Origin: Lepidodermella squamata
Taxonomy: Eukaryota > Animalia > Gastrotricha
Assembly (NCBI GenBank): GCA_047495785.1
Contig: JBLDXI010000013.1
Coordinates: 3,906,001 to 3,970,000 of the forward strand
Length of the DNA: 64,000 nt
Reading direction: 5' to 3'
Positions within the stretch are counted from its first letter, which is position 1. Each line of letters begins with the position of its first letter. Of this stretch, positions 27,431 to 41,300 are shown in pieces. The notes beneath the pieces were generated by a model. The model was not told where the DNA came from and made no database searches. It saw only the letters and a program-made list of their open reading frames with translations. The position numbers were made by a program, and so were the translations under genes.

Positions 27431-28484
27431 GTCCAGTTTTTGGATCTGTTTCCATCTCTGGATCAAACCACCAAACCATCAAACAACTTGAGTGGAACCA
27501 GCCTCTCATATCCAATTCTGAGCCGGCAAGCATAACGGCAAGGGCGGACGAATACGGTAGACTCGAGTGACAAAAACGGTCTGATAGCAACATCGAGTCA
27601 AGAATTCCGAAGCTTATTCGCGGTTGATTGTGTGTGAAGGCATATGGCGTATAAACGAAAAGCGTAAATCTGACCCATTTTACGCTCTTAATATACAAAT
27701 GAAAGACAGATGACCTCTGAAACTGCCGTTTGCGCAGTGACGAAAGTGGAGAATATTTCGATACTGACGCTTAGAACTGGATTTTACACGTAAGGATTCA
27801 TCATGAGATGTCCGTGGCTTCTCAAAAGTGGCAGAACAGTGGGGCGGCGTGCGTTTTTCGGACGATGATGAATATGTTGAGAGTTGAGAGGCCTCTGGGG
27901 TTTCGGCTCAGCGCACTTCTATAAATTTACTGTAGGTAGTTTAAATGGCTTGCGAAATTTCTGTCGCACTACTCAACATAATTATATTGTTACACTAATT
28001 GTTCAAAGTTAGCGGCCTGCGTGCTCTTTTGAAACCACAAATTTTATACAGCAGTGTATTTTCGAGTCGTTCGATCATTTCGGAAGCGTAGGAAATGTTG
28101 AAATTGTAAATTTTTATCCATTGAAAAATCGAATATCGTGATAAGATCATAACTCCTTCATAATATCACGCTAAGCTGTCTTTCACCCGGCCAGGCAGGG
28201 TCAAATCGTGCCAAATCTCGGCAATATTTGATAGGAATCGTTGTGCAATCTTATCTCGCCCGCTTTCCTTCAAATGTCAACAGAGATTGCGGAAGTTTCT
28301 CGAGCCGCGGCTGCTTATAAGCCGATCAAATAGGCACAGGTATTTCGTCATTCTCTCATTCGCACATTTTTCTGTCGCATTCTGCAATCACTTTTTGTGA
28401 GTTCTCACTAATTTTAAAAACTGGCTAAAACCCTCAAACCGATACTTGCCGACGTTGAAAAATCAACCTATAAAGACACACGCA

Positions 28485-30140
28485 ATGCTTGCTGTCATCG
28501 CCGTTGTTTCTTTTCTCATCCTCGCGAATCAAGCTGATGGCGCTCCAATGGTGGGCAATAAGCACAAAATCCTGCTGATTTCTTTCGACGGTTTCGCACA
28601 GCACTACCTGGACAATCCAGCCTACAAGTCGCTGCTGTCTAATTTCCACGCTTTCCGTCAACAAGGCGTGTTCACAGAATCGTTCCGAAACGTGTTCGCC
28701 GGCGAAACTTTTCCGAACCATTTTTCAATGGCAACTGGGATGTACCCGGAATCGCATGGCATTGTTTCGAACATTTTCTACGACCCGATTTTGAACGATA
28801 CATTTTCGTCGAAAGTCTACCACAAAAATACTCACCTGGACTCAAACTTATGGTGGACTGCTGTAAGAATTTATAAAAATATTCATAAGATTTTCGCAAA
28901 AGCATAACATTTAATTTTTTAACTTGATACCCGACTCTATTTTTGGTTTTTTTGAAATTTAATTTGAAAGTTGAAATTAATTTAAAATTTGAAATTTAAT
29001 TTGAAATTTCCGGAGGCAAATTCTGAATGTTCAAAGCGCTCAAAAATATTAGAACGCATATTAAACGGCATTTAAAAAAGCTCAAATCCTCGAGAATTTC
29101 TAATATTTTTTGAGCGCTTTGAACATTCAAAATTTGCCTCCGGACAAAAAAGTTCCCAACACAACTTCATTTTAATGAATTTTTAGGAACCGATTTGGGT
29201 AACAGCAAGGCGTTTGAATTTGGCTAAAACTGCTACGTCAATGTGGCCGGGCGATCGTGTCGAATTCACGTCAAGCAAATTGCGGGCTAATGTTTACCGG
29301 CCTGACTACAACTCGAAAATTCCCTTCGAGGAGCGAATCGATCAAGTCATCGACTGGCTGGCCTCAGACGCCGCTGATATGGCGATGGTGTTTCATTTCG
29401 AACCGGACAATGTCGGCCATTTTTCCGGCATAAAAGGCTCTCCAATCGAAGCCGAATTTGCGAAATTGAACAAGGCGATGGGCTACTTGCTTGAAAAAGT
29501 TGAAAAAGCAGGGTTATCTCTCAAAAATCGACTCAATCTTGTGATCTGTTCGGACCACGGAATGGGCGAGATAACCGGGCAAATTTTTCTCGACGAGATT
29601 CTTGATTTGAACAAAACGCTAGACCGAGTTTCCAGGTTCGGAGCGAGAACTGATTTGTGGCCTCGAGCGGGGTTTGAGGATGAAGTTTACGAAACATTGA
29701 GCAAAGCTGCGTCAAAAGGTGGCTGGTCAGTCTATCGGCGTGGCGAGTTCCCGGAACATCTTAATTATCGAAACAATAGACGAATCGCACCGATAATTTT
29801 GATGGGAAACGGCATTTTCATCGCACCGGTAAAATTCAACAATTTATTTAAAAAATTTCATAAATCATAATGACTTGATTTTCAGAATAAGTATAATGAA
29901 GCGACTGCGATTGATTATCACGGTGTACACGGATGGGATCCGGAGTTACCTATGCAGCAACCCATGTTCATGGCCCGTGGACCAGCGTTTAAATCTGGCG
30001 GCTACAATGCCACAGCGTCAACTAAGGGGATGAAAACTAAGGACATTTATGCAGTTCTTGCTCGGTTGCTGAATGCTGACTGGAATCAACTACCGGCTAA
30101 TAATGCGAGCCTCGGGGTCGTAGCCGATCTATTCGCTTGA
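28485..30140 (+). CDS. Secreted ectonucleotide pyrophosphatase/phosphodiesterase, ENPP4-7-like (3 exons)
   Basis: Signal peptide, LLISFDGF, TFPNHFSMATGMYPESHGI (Thr nucleophile), EPDNVGH, SDHGM and HGWD metal ligands. No C-terminal hydrophobic anchor. Confidence 0.93.
29009..29144. repeat. Intronic inverted repeat / small MITE
   Basis: TCCGGAGGCAAATTCTGAATGTTCAAAGCGCTCAAAAATATTAGAA and its near-perfect reverse complement within ENPP intron 1. Confidence 0.85.
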
Positions 30141-30700
30141 AAATAAATATGACTGTGCTATGATTTTAGCAAATAATTAGTTTGTTTCGATTCCTTCCAA
30201 TTACAATCATTTGTTCGATATCGCTGTTTTTTAATTGAAATTGATATGTCGTAAAAGATGAGAGCAATAGAACAGCGGCGTCTCATATATTTCAAAATTA
30301 CCCATCTTCTCAAACAATAAAACAAGACATAAAAATAGCGTGATTTTTGCGTCATTTTATCATCAGGAATGTTGGAGGTCAAAGTGATTGATTGTGATGT
30401 GATTGATATTAAAAGGTCTTATAGGTATTCACACGCCACAGCAAATCTTGATTTATTTGGATATTTAAGGATAACAAATACTATTAAAGCTTTAATAGTA
30501 GGAAAATTGGAAATCTGTGTCCCTCAACCAAGTGATTATAACCAAGGCATAACAAAACACCTAACTATAGGCTTCCAATACAGCAGGATCGATATAGATG
30601 GAAAAGAATTCCCGAGAATAACAAGTCAAGTTATGTCATTATTTCGCTAATCATTTTCATATAATTTATCCTCGCGAATTTTCTCCACCATCAGCATCAT

Positions 30701-32707
30701 TTAATTCTCAGGTAAAGCAAAGAGCAGAATGCTGGCGCCTCCAGTGCCGTAACCGATAGATGGCGAATATCGATACGTCAAATTTCTGGAGGGAAAAGAG
30801 TGAAAAAATAAGAGAACAAATACGAACTATTCTCTTACCCACTAGTACAAGTAAAACAATTCTGATTAGCATTGGCAAAATTGCTACCCGTAACACTCAT
30901 CCACCAGGCTCCGCCCAAAACCGTTGAGACAGTGAATGGCGTGTCATAGCTAAAGGAACCACTACTAGCACCGTACGGCTGGGCAATACATGTTGACGGC
31001 TGCGTGAAACGACAGAAATAAAGCGAAATTCGACATAGGCCGTAAACAAACGTTGCTATAGCTCTGCCCGCATATTCTATATTTGGCAGCTTCATTGTCG
31101 ATGAAACTGTTGTAAGAAACTGATTGGAACTGGGCGCCACACAGGATTTGAAGGACAACAAACCAACGAGCTGAGAAATCGAAGCATTATTTCAATGTGA
31201 CGACTGCTCATGCAAAATTTTATTACGCATAATTTGCGTCCAAGTCGTAAACGTGGATGTGCTTGGGACAATCGCCTGAACTGCCAAGTTCGCCGCGAGC
31301 GTACCGCTGTAGGTCCAGTATAGCAGGGGTTCCTTGCTGACAGGAGGGTTGTAAACTTCAATCACAGCTGAGCTTACGCTATCCAATCGAAACTTGAAAA
31401 ACATACACGTTAATAACAAATAGACAGGAGGTTTGGAAATTGCCTTCTTCATGTTAGGGGTGTTGCAACCGCATAGGATAAGTTTATCGCTGCTTGGATC
31501 TTTGCAAACGCAGGTCGATCGCCGAGCTATCATCAATTGGCCAGCGCGATGCGTGAAAATGGCACATTTTGCCGATGAAGTTTCGTTTTTCAAAACTAGC
31601 TGGGTCACAGACCCACTGACCATTAGTTGAACGCACCAAGTAGAAGAGACCACGAGCGCAAAATCTGCGATATTGTAATTAAATTTCACATTCCAGCATT
31701 TTCTGCATTAGGTTATTTTACCTCCGGCAGTAAGTTGGTTGGCAATGTCCAACCCGATCCATTTTGTGGCATTGGTCTTCGAAGCGAATCCTTGATGATT
31801 GGAAGAATAAATATCATAAATATCTCTGAAAAATCTTAATTTCGACCTAATTTGTAGTCTTGCAATTTTTCGCTTGCGAAATCCCAGTCGACCACAGCTA
31901 GCATAAAAGTGCATTCTTAATATATATCAGTTCAATGTGAAAGGTAGAACATTCGAGACCTAATCGACGAAAGAAGACCATACTCACTGCAAAAAATACT
32001 AGAAATATATTATTTCAATTTTAATGTTCAATTTTACGATCATTCTCGCCAATGATCTGTCTATAAAAAGCCTAGTTCAAATAATTGAGCATGCAAACGG
32101 AAAATTTACGAACCCAGATCTAAGGACATAAGTTGCATTCGGTTCTCGAAAGGCACATTCCGTGCTGAATGGCCTTGATCCGATATCCGTTTGGAAATTG
32201 TAGACACCTGGGCCTTTGCCAGTTCTTGAAGCGGTGGTGCAATCTGAAGCATGATTAAACCATCTGTGGTGAAGTTTCATCAAATCGGCAGGTTAACTCA
32301 CCGCGGTAAGTATTCGACTTGCACGGTGATGGTTCGCCGAACACACGCTGAGAGTGGAAACGAGGCATTTTGCAAATTTTGCATACTTTTCTCTAATTTC
32401 TTACCGAGTGATAGTAATACCACCCCTGCTTATATTCGATACCTTCCCACAACTCGTTTGCGTGACCGTAGTTAAGCCAACACGTGGAATTGGGCGGAAA
32501 ATACGAGAAGGAGCGACACATGCTGTAAGCAGTTTGGTCGCATAGATACGCGCATCGTTGAATGTCTATTCCAGCAATTTGTCGAAACGAATCCGAGGCG
32601 ATCAGGCGAAAATTGGTGCCACAGAACTTGGGCAAAAAATAATCACCGGCTCCGCTTGATCGAGATATCAAAGCTGCAGAGAAACAATAATAAAAAAGAA
32701 AAAGCAT
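30701..32707 (-). CDS. Secreted PAN/Apple + divergent fibrinogen-related domain protein, copy 1 (many short exons)
   Basis: Signal peptide; PAN motif CAYLC...CRSFSY...TCWL; FReD-like motifs YR|DC...GVY, WIGLDIANQLT, YNSFIDNEAAKYRI, GGAWW. Ends SILLFALPEN*. Synonymous differences against copy 2 support the reading frames. Confidence 0.75.
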
Positions 32708-33239
32708 TTTTGGACCCGAGTATCAACCCAGTATCAACGTGAAGACAGTTTTATCGGTGGTCGGGTAAGTTCGAAGGTAGCAGGTAGCCAATATTATCGC
32801 ACATTTCTTTGATTGATGGGCTTTCGGACAAAAAGCACCGAATGTTTTTGCCAAACATTTTAATTACTGTTTATGAAGGTTGGCAACGTGAGCCAGATTG
32901 TTTTTGGATACGCGGTATCGATTCAAAAACGATTTTATCACGGACACGATGATAACTTCGAATTTATGGACCGAATTATACATAAATTAGGATAATGAGC
33001 AATTTATATATTTATTTTATTATATTACATGTATATTATTTCATGTTTGGAAAATGATTTAGGAGAATTTTTCGATGCGGTCTGCAGCAATCGCGATAAG
33101 TCAATAGAGTGAAGTAGACTTTCCTGCAATTCTCGTTGGAGAACAATTAAAGCGAACAAATGATGCGAATATGCATTTTATGATTTTTTGAGAATTTCGT
33201 TCATTTTTTGAAAAATGCGTCAAATTTAGGCAATTGCTG

Positions 33240-33510
33240 ATCGCCGCTGACACTTCAGGAAACGTCTAGAGCCGATGTCAATCTGAAACGTATAATATGT
33301 ACCCGGGCCTTTGCCAGTTCTTGCGGCGGAGGTACAAACTGCAGCAAAATGATTGAAAAAACGTGAAGATAATTGATGGCGACTTCAACGGTTTGAACGG
33401 TTTGATAAATTGGACGCCATTCTCTGAATTATTAACACACTTCCCTTTTGATTTTGATGGGCCTGCGAAAAAACCAGTAATTACCGTCAAATGTTTTGTT
33501 CATTTCTGAA
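33240..33510 (-). pseudogene. Relic third copy of the PAN-FReD gene
   Basis: Reads CTSAARTGKGPGTYYTFQIDIGSRRF, against CTTASRTGKGPGVYNFQTDIGSRPF in copy 1. It lies next to the upstream motif TTGATGGGCCTGCGAA shared with copy 2 (~37016). The signal-peptide and PAN exons are missing. Confidence 0.75.
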
Positions 33511-33552
33511 GGAGAGAACTGAAGGAGAGAGAAGGAGAGAACTGAAGGAGAG
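33508..33552. repeat. Purine-rich short tandem repeat
   Basis: GAAGGAGAG(AACT) x4. Confidence 0.8.
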
Positions 33553-34893
33553 GCGGCGTTTATTCACGCTAAAATCATCCGTGAAGAATTAACCCTTTCA
33601 GGGCCAAATTATTTATCTCCGGTAGAAAAAATAGGTGAGAACATTTCTTGGGGTTATATGGGTCCCTGATCACGATTTGAAACCCGCTTGTCTCTATCCA
33701 TCACCGTTAAGGCTGTGCAAAAAGTGGTCGAAATCGCCCTATCGGCTCCCAGCTGATTTCAGCACTTGTTTCAAACACCCTAGTTTCAGCATCAGATGCT
33801 CTCAACATTGAATTTTCATGTTGACAATCTTCTCCCTTAACAGTCCCTGAAAATCTCCCTTTATTATTCCGAGGAAAGAAATCAGTTAAAACCAGTTTTC
33901 AAAAATCAGCATTTTGATCAGTATTCGCAGCGAAGTCAGCTTTTTCACACGCGGTGTTTTGAAGCCCAAAAACACGCATCTCGCCTGTATGTAACGTCTG
34001 GGCCGATGGGACGATTTCGACCGCGGTTTGATTAAACTTCAATGGTTTCGTCATTTTCGATTTCCAGTTCAAAATAATCGACACAGAGGTCAATGAGAAA
34101 TGAGACTATGGCGGACACGGTAGTATTTTTTGTTTAATCAAAAAAAGATCAGAAACCCCGTAATTTCGAATGAAAAAATCGAATGAAAAAATCGAAAAAT
34201 CGGTAGACTATTTTAAAATAGCTACCACGTCCTGACCATGCCAAATAACGGCGCGTTCGTTTGAAATTCTTATAGCCAACATCCAAAAGTAGTATTCCCC
34301 AAATAGGCGGTCAACAATCAACAATTCATCAAATTCAAATTACCTATTGTGAATTAAAGTCTAAATTCCGAAATCGTCCTTATGGCCATGAAAGGTTCAA
34401 TGAAAGAAGGGAAACTATCGGCTGCGTCGAAAAGCAACGTAATACAAATTAACGAAGTCATTACCTGCAAGATGAATTTGTTCTTTAGTTCTTTCCAGTT
34501 CATATTATCATTTTCTTTAATTAAGTTTATCTTGTCGCGTTTAGCCTGTCGCTGCTGTCCCGTTGTGCGCTGTAACGTCGCAAATAGTCATTGCGATGGC
34601 AGCCCGACGCAAGAATTTTAACCATTAGGAATGTTGGAGGTCAAAGTGAAAATAGGATGCATGTCTTACAACAAACCTTGATTTATTTGAATATTAAAGG
34701 GTGGCATAGGAAAGTTAGAAATATCTTTAAAATCCGCAATCTACAAAGTGATTAACTATAGCAAAGCAAAACACCTTTAGGCAGGATCGATAGTGATCTC
34801 TCGGGAATAACAATGTGAAGTTTTGTCATTATTTCGCAAATAGTTTTTATATAATTTGGCCTCGAGAATTTTCCCTGCCACCAGCAGCAACAT

Positions 34894-36933
34894 TTAATTC
34901 TCAGGTAAAGCAAAGAGCAGAATGCTGGCGCCTCCAGTGCCGAAACCGGATGGCCCGATGACTGGCGAATAACGATACGTCAAATTTCTGAGTAGGAATA
35001 GAGTAAAAACTAAGAGAGTACCGTTATACTAAACTATTTTCTTACCCTGTAGTACAAGTAAAGCAATTCTGGTAATTATCGGCGAAATTGCTAACCGTAA
35101 CACTCATCCACCAGGCTCCGCCCAAAGCCGTCGAGACAGTGAATGGCGTATTGTAACTGAACTGTCCGCTGTTTACTGAACTCGACTGGCCAATGCACGA
35201 CGATGGCTACGTTAAATAACCGGAATATAACTAGCAAAAAGTACAAATAAATCGTAAACATGCGTTGCTATAACTCTGCGCGCAAATTCTGTATTTGGCA
35301 GCTTCATTGTCGATGAAACTGTTGTAGGAAACAGATTGGAACAGGGCGCCACCCAGGATTTGAAGGACAACAACCCAACGTGCTGAGAAATCGAAGCATT
35401 ATTTCAACTTGACAACTGCTCATGTAATCTAATTACGCATAATTTGCGTCCATGTGGTGAACGTGGCTATGCTTGGGACAATAGCCTGAACTGCCAAGTT
35501 CGCCGTGAGCGTTCCGGTGTATGTCCAGTAGAGCAACGGTTCCGGGCTGATAGGAGGGTTGTACACTTCAATCACAGCTGAGCTTACGCCATCCAATCGA
35601 AACTTGAAAAACATATAGTTTGATTACAAAGAGAAATGAGAAATGAGGTTTGGAATTTTGCCTTCTTCAAAGTAGGGGTGTTGCAACCGCATAGGATAAG
35701 TTTATCACTGCCTGGGTCCTTGCAAACGCAGGTCGATCGCCGAGCTATCATCAATTGCCCACCGCGATGCGTGAAAATGGCGCATCTTGCCGATGAAGTT
35801 TCGTTTTTCAAAACTAGCTGGGTCATGGATCCACTGGCCATCAATTGAATGCACCAAGTTGAAGAGACCACGAGCGCAAAATCTGCGATATTGTAATTAA
35901 ATTTCCTCACATTCCCTCGTTTGTTTCATATGGTTCTTTTTTACCCCCGGCGGTAAGTTGGTTGGCAATGTCCAACCCGATCCATTTTGTAGCATTGGTC
36001 TTCGAAGCGAAACCTTTGATTGGAAGGATAAATATCATGAAAAGAATCTCTGAAAAAATCTCGATTACTAACCTAATTTGTAGTCTTGCCATTTTTCGCT
36101 TGCGAAATCCCAGTCGATGACAGCTAGCAAAAATTTCATAATAAATATTATCAATTCAATCTGAAAGGTGAAACTCTTGAGACCTAATCGACGAAAGAAC
36201 ACCATGCTCACTGCAAAAGTACTATAAATATATTATTTCATTTGTTATGTCTAATTTTACGATCTTTCTCGCCAATAATCTGCCTAAAAAAGCCATATTC
36301 AATATATATATCGAGTATGCAAAGGGAAATTTTGCGAACCCAGATCTAAGGACATAAGTTGCATTCGGTTCTCGAAAGGCACATTCAGTGCTGAATGGTC
36401 TTGATCCGATATCCGTTTGGAAATTGTAGACACCTGGGCCTTTGCCAGTTCTTGAAGCGGCGGTGCAATCTGAAGCATGATTTAACCATCTGTGGTGAAG
36501 TTTCATCAAATCGGCAGGTTAACTCACCGCGGTAAGTATTCAGCTTGCACGGTGATGGTTCGCCGAAGACTCGCTGAGAATGGAAACGAGGCGTTTTGCA
36601 AATTTTGCATACTTTTCTCTAATTTCTTACCGAGTGATAGTAATACCACCCCTGCTTATATTCGATACCTTCCCACAACTCGTTTGCGTGACCGTAGTTA
36701 AGCCAACACGTGGAATTGGGCGGAAAATACGAGAAGGAGCGACACATGCTGTAAGCAGTTTGGTCGCATATATACGCGCATCTCTGAATGTCTATCCCAG
36801 CTACTTGTCGGAACGAATCCGAGGCGATCAGGCGAAAATCACGGCCGCAATTTACTGGCAAAAAATAGTCACCACTGGCGTCTGATTGATATATCAAACC
36901 CGAGATAAAAAACGAAGTCAAAAGAGCTTGCAT
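34894..36933 (-). CDS. Secreted PAN/Apple + fibrinogen-related domain protein, copy 2
   Basis: Collinear duplicate of 30701-32707 with a different signal peptide and a 9-nt in-frame insertion in the last exon. Confidence 0.72.
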
Positions 36934-38369
36934 TTTGACCCAACATGAATGGAATGAGTTATATTTTTATTGGCTTTCGAAGCCAGTTTGCAAAAAATGG
37001 TCTCACATGATTTTGATTGATGGGCCTGCGAATAAAGGATTATACTTAAGTTTCCGTCAAACTTTGTTGTCCATGTCTGCCCATGCTCAAGTCAGGTGAT
37101 CAACGTAATCTGCCAATGTTTATAGATACGGCATTGATTTCTGTGTTAATAACGCGATAAACCTTCGTGCTAGAAGTAAGACGGATTGATTAGCTAAGCA
37201 AATCAGTAATGGCTGCACCGAAAAAATGAATTAGTTAGCTGCAAATTTTACCTCCTTTCCTCTTTCTCGTTTTCGACGGCAAGCAACAAGTTTTCCGTAG
37301 TTTTTAGTTTTATTGATTCGTCAAAGCGAACGAATGGTGGCAATGGGCGCCGTTTCATTTTTCTGGGGTCATCCTGCAATTATTGCTCATCTGAATGAAA
37401 TAAATAAAAATATAATAACACGCCGATAAGCGCAAATTTACTCCAGGATTACAAATGAGCTCAAACTTTGCATCAGGCTTAAAAACTATGAAGGAAAAAA
37501 TGAAAATTTAAAATCCGAGCTTTCAAACCGAGCTTTTTCCTCTTTTCCTGGTTTTTCCTAATCCGAGGCGCCCGCAAAACATGTTTTCGGTTGAAAAAAA
37601 CCGGAGTGCTATTTATACCTGTAGCTTAGAAAGCACGGATGGCGTGCAGAAACGTTTAGCGCCATTCAAACGAGCGGATTCGATTACTCCTGTGGCCTCG
37701 GTGACAGATTTTTTATTGGATGGCATTTTTCCTAACCTGTTACATTTTTTTTACCAGTTTATCAACACAACTTAAGGCGGTGTTTATGCTTTCATTAACC
37801 TATGCATCCACTTCCAACTGGTGCAAACTATGATTTATACTGAAAAATTCCAGCTCCCGTATTCGTTCTGCTTATTTGCGAACGAAATTCAAAAATAATG
37901 GAAAATCCTCCTTAAAATAACTCGTTTATTTGTAATTTCGACCGAGAAAGCGTCACCATTATTATTATTATTATTATTATCAGAAGTGTCTGATCACATA
38001 ACCTCAAAGGTTAACAAATGCAGGCTGTAACTAGTTTCAGAATTCGACAAGACACGGGAAAATATCGAAGCGGTTAGAAAATGGTCATCAGAAACCAAAA
38101 AACAGCAGTCGTTTCAAGCGCGGCTTTCAAAGCCAATAGTGCTGCACAATATATAGGTTGTGTAGTGGTAAGAATAATCACTCATTTTGTTAATTCACTG
38201 GTCAAAGAAGAGGCACCAAAAAAGAGAAATCACCAGAATAGGAATAATTACATTATTTTAGCATCGCGAAAACAAGGAAAAAACAAATAATTATATATGG
38301 TTCTCAGCGAAGTGGACTTTGAAAAAGCACAAAAATATTATGGTCCGAAATAACGTCTATATTCGTCAT

Positions 38370-41300
38370 TTATTTCGAAAAACGCTGTTGCATCGTGTTG
38401 AGTTGTTGCAGAATCGGCGAGGGCAGATCAATCGGCAGGTAGTCGTCGAAGAATTGGCGAGTGGCAGCCAATTCACGCTCCCAGAAGTCCTTATCCAGGC
38501 CGAAGAGAGCGTCGTAGTCGAACGACGACAGGCCAGACGTATTGAGGCCGTTTTCACGCGACGGCACGCCAAAGCCCAGCTGGTTGATTTCAGCGCACTG
38601 CTCGCCGTCGATGCGGCGGAAAATCCAGTCGAGAACGCGGCTGTTCTCGCTGAAGCCCGGCCATAGCAGACGGCCGTTGTTGTTCGTACGGAACCAGTTC
38701 ACCTCGAAGATTTTCGGGCGGTTCAGGTTCTTACGCAGGCCGAAGCTGAGCCAGTGGCGCAGGTACGTGCCGAAGTTCAGACCGAAGTACGCCCGCATGG
38801 CGAACGGGTCTTGAACCATGCGGTTGACGTCATTGTCCAGGGTGCGCATAGCGGCGCCGAGGAAGATGCCCTGGTTCCAGTCACCAGCCTCCATGACCAG
38901 CGGGATGCCGCCGGAATCAGTACGGCGGACACCGAAAACAATCGCGTCGATCACAACACCCTCGGGCTGGTCCCAGGCCGGGTCAATGGCCGGGCATTGC
39001 GCGACCGGGGTGCAGAAACGGGCGTTCGGGTGCGCCGCGGTCGTGCCATTCGAGCGAGACCACGCCTTACCACGCCAGTCCGTGATCGAAACACCGCTCG
39101 GCGGGTCTTCCAGGCCCTCCCAATAAACACCACCGTCACTGGTCTCGGCGACATTGGTGAAAATCGTGTTCTCGAAAATCATCTTCATCGCCTTGGGGTT
39201 GGTTCGGTAGTTCGTGCCGACGCAGAGACCGAAGAAGCCGGCTTCGGGGTTGATAGCCCGCAGGTTGCCCTGGTTGTCGAAACGCAGCCAGGCGGTGTCG
39301 TCGTTCAGGCACGTGATTTTGTAGCCGGGCAGGCTGGCTTCCATCATCGACAGGTGGAGACGGCCGCAGCCGGCGGTGAAGCACATGGCCATGTAGCGCT
39401 TCTTGCCGGCCGGGTTCGTCACGCCGATGATCATGATGTGTTCGGCCAAGAAACCCTGGCTGCAGGCCATCGCCGTACCGAGACGCAGGGCGAATGAGCG
39501 CTTGCTGGCCAGAGAGTTGCCGCCGTAGGCACTGCCATAAGAATGGATTTCCCAAGTCTCGGGAATGTGAGCGACAATCACACGTTCACTGAAAGAAGAA
39601 AAAGAAGAAAATTATCAAATAATTAAGGTGGGTTATTTTAATCCAATTTAAAAAATCGGCCGAAACATCTTCTAAATTAAGTCATTGTGAACGTTTTAGG
39701 ATGTTTGTGACCCTTCAAATCTAAACATTTCCACCGCGAGAATTCCTAACATATAAATAGCCACTAATAAAAACTAAGAAATAAACTACTTCGGCCCAAT
39801 TGATTTAGAATAAATCGCTTAAAAGAGTGAAGAACTTACGGATCACAAGGCCATTCACGGGTGTGGCGGTTCGGAATATTCAAAGGACCGCCGACTGAGT
39901 GAAGGCAGCGAACAAAGTTCTTCTGGCCAAGAGCGGCGAGCGCCTTATTGCCAGTTCGGGTCATGATAGTCAACGAGGCAGCGACGTAGGGCGAATCGGT
40001 CAGCTGGACACCGTAGCGGGCCATCGACGAGCCAACGGGGCCCATGCTGAACGGCAGGACGTACATGGTACGGCCAGTCATGGAATTGCGGAAGCGGTCC
40101 TCGTAGATGTGGGCGTAGTCGTCGGGCGACATCCACCGGCCGAGGTTCGACTTGACACCCGGGGCGGCGGGAGGCACGGCGTCCTCCTCGTTCGGGGTGA
40201 TGACGTAGGTCTTCTCCTCGTTCTGCATACGGCAGACGTCCTCAGGGTCAGTTCGGGCCAAATAGCAATTTCTGTACTTGGGCAACTTCCAAATCGTGCC
40301 CTGCTCCTCGGCAATGTGCAGCAGCTCGAGGCGTTCCTCGTACGAACCGTCGCAAATGTAGACCGAAGATGGGTTGCAGATCTCCATGGTATCGAGGACG
40401 AATTGACGAACCTTTGGCGGGAGGGCCTCCAGATCACCCTTGGCAATGGTGCACGGGTGAGAGTGGATGTAACGAACACCAACAACACGGCTAGGCATGT
40501 TTGTAATACGACTCTTCAGAGCATACAACTCGTTTTCAATTTCAACCGGGGTATCCATGGGCAGTTGTTCTTGGAAGAATTTCTTCAGACCACGGTATTC
40601 TTCCAGCCAGAAATCATGCGGTACTGACAAGAGCTGTTCCATATCGACAGGCGGGAGGCCGTCGACGTTGATTGAGTTGGCTGACGGGATCATGCCGATC
40701 GGGGACACGTTCGCGCAGTCTTCGCCCTCGAGACGGCGGCAGATCCAGTCGAGGACACGGCTGTTTTCACCGTAGCCAGGCCAGAGGAACTTTCCGGACT
40801 TTTGATCTTTACGGAACCAGTTGACATGGTAGATCTTGGGAAGCTTCAGACCGCGAATTTGAGCGAAGTGCAACCAATGGCGCAAATAGTGACCAAAGCT
40901 GTAGAATAAATATTAACAATTAAAAAATTGAATTTTTTAATTTAAGTTTTGAAATAAAATTTTTAAAATTTAAAATTTTGAATTTTGAATTTAACAGGCA
41001 AAAATCCGCCCTAAAAGTATTCCATTCAGCAATTTTAACAAATTTAATAATTTAGATAATCTTGATCATAATATTTGAAAATCCAATTTATATAAAAATT
41101 TATACCAAAAATTCACAAAATTTATTGAAAATAGCTCAAGACTTACTTGTAACCGAAGAAAGGCTTCATGGCGAACGGATCGCTGCGGACGACTTTAACA
41201 GCCGGGCCATCCTGGGCAGCGGCTGTGGTTTCCGAGCGGACGGTAGCACCAACGAAAACACCGTGGTTCCACGAGAAGCTCTCATAGACGAGTGGGACAC

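Noticed and set aside
33588-33606. CCCTTTCAGGGCC as a histone stem-loop, or TTAACCCT as a piggyBac end
   Set aside because: The stem is incomplete, no histone gene is nearby, and I found no matching opposite end.
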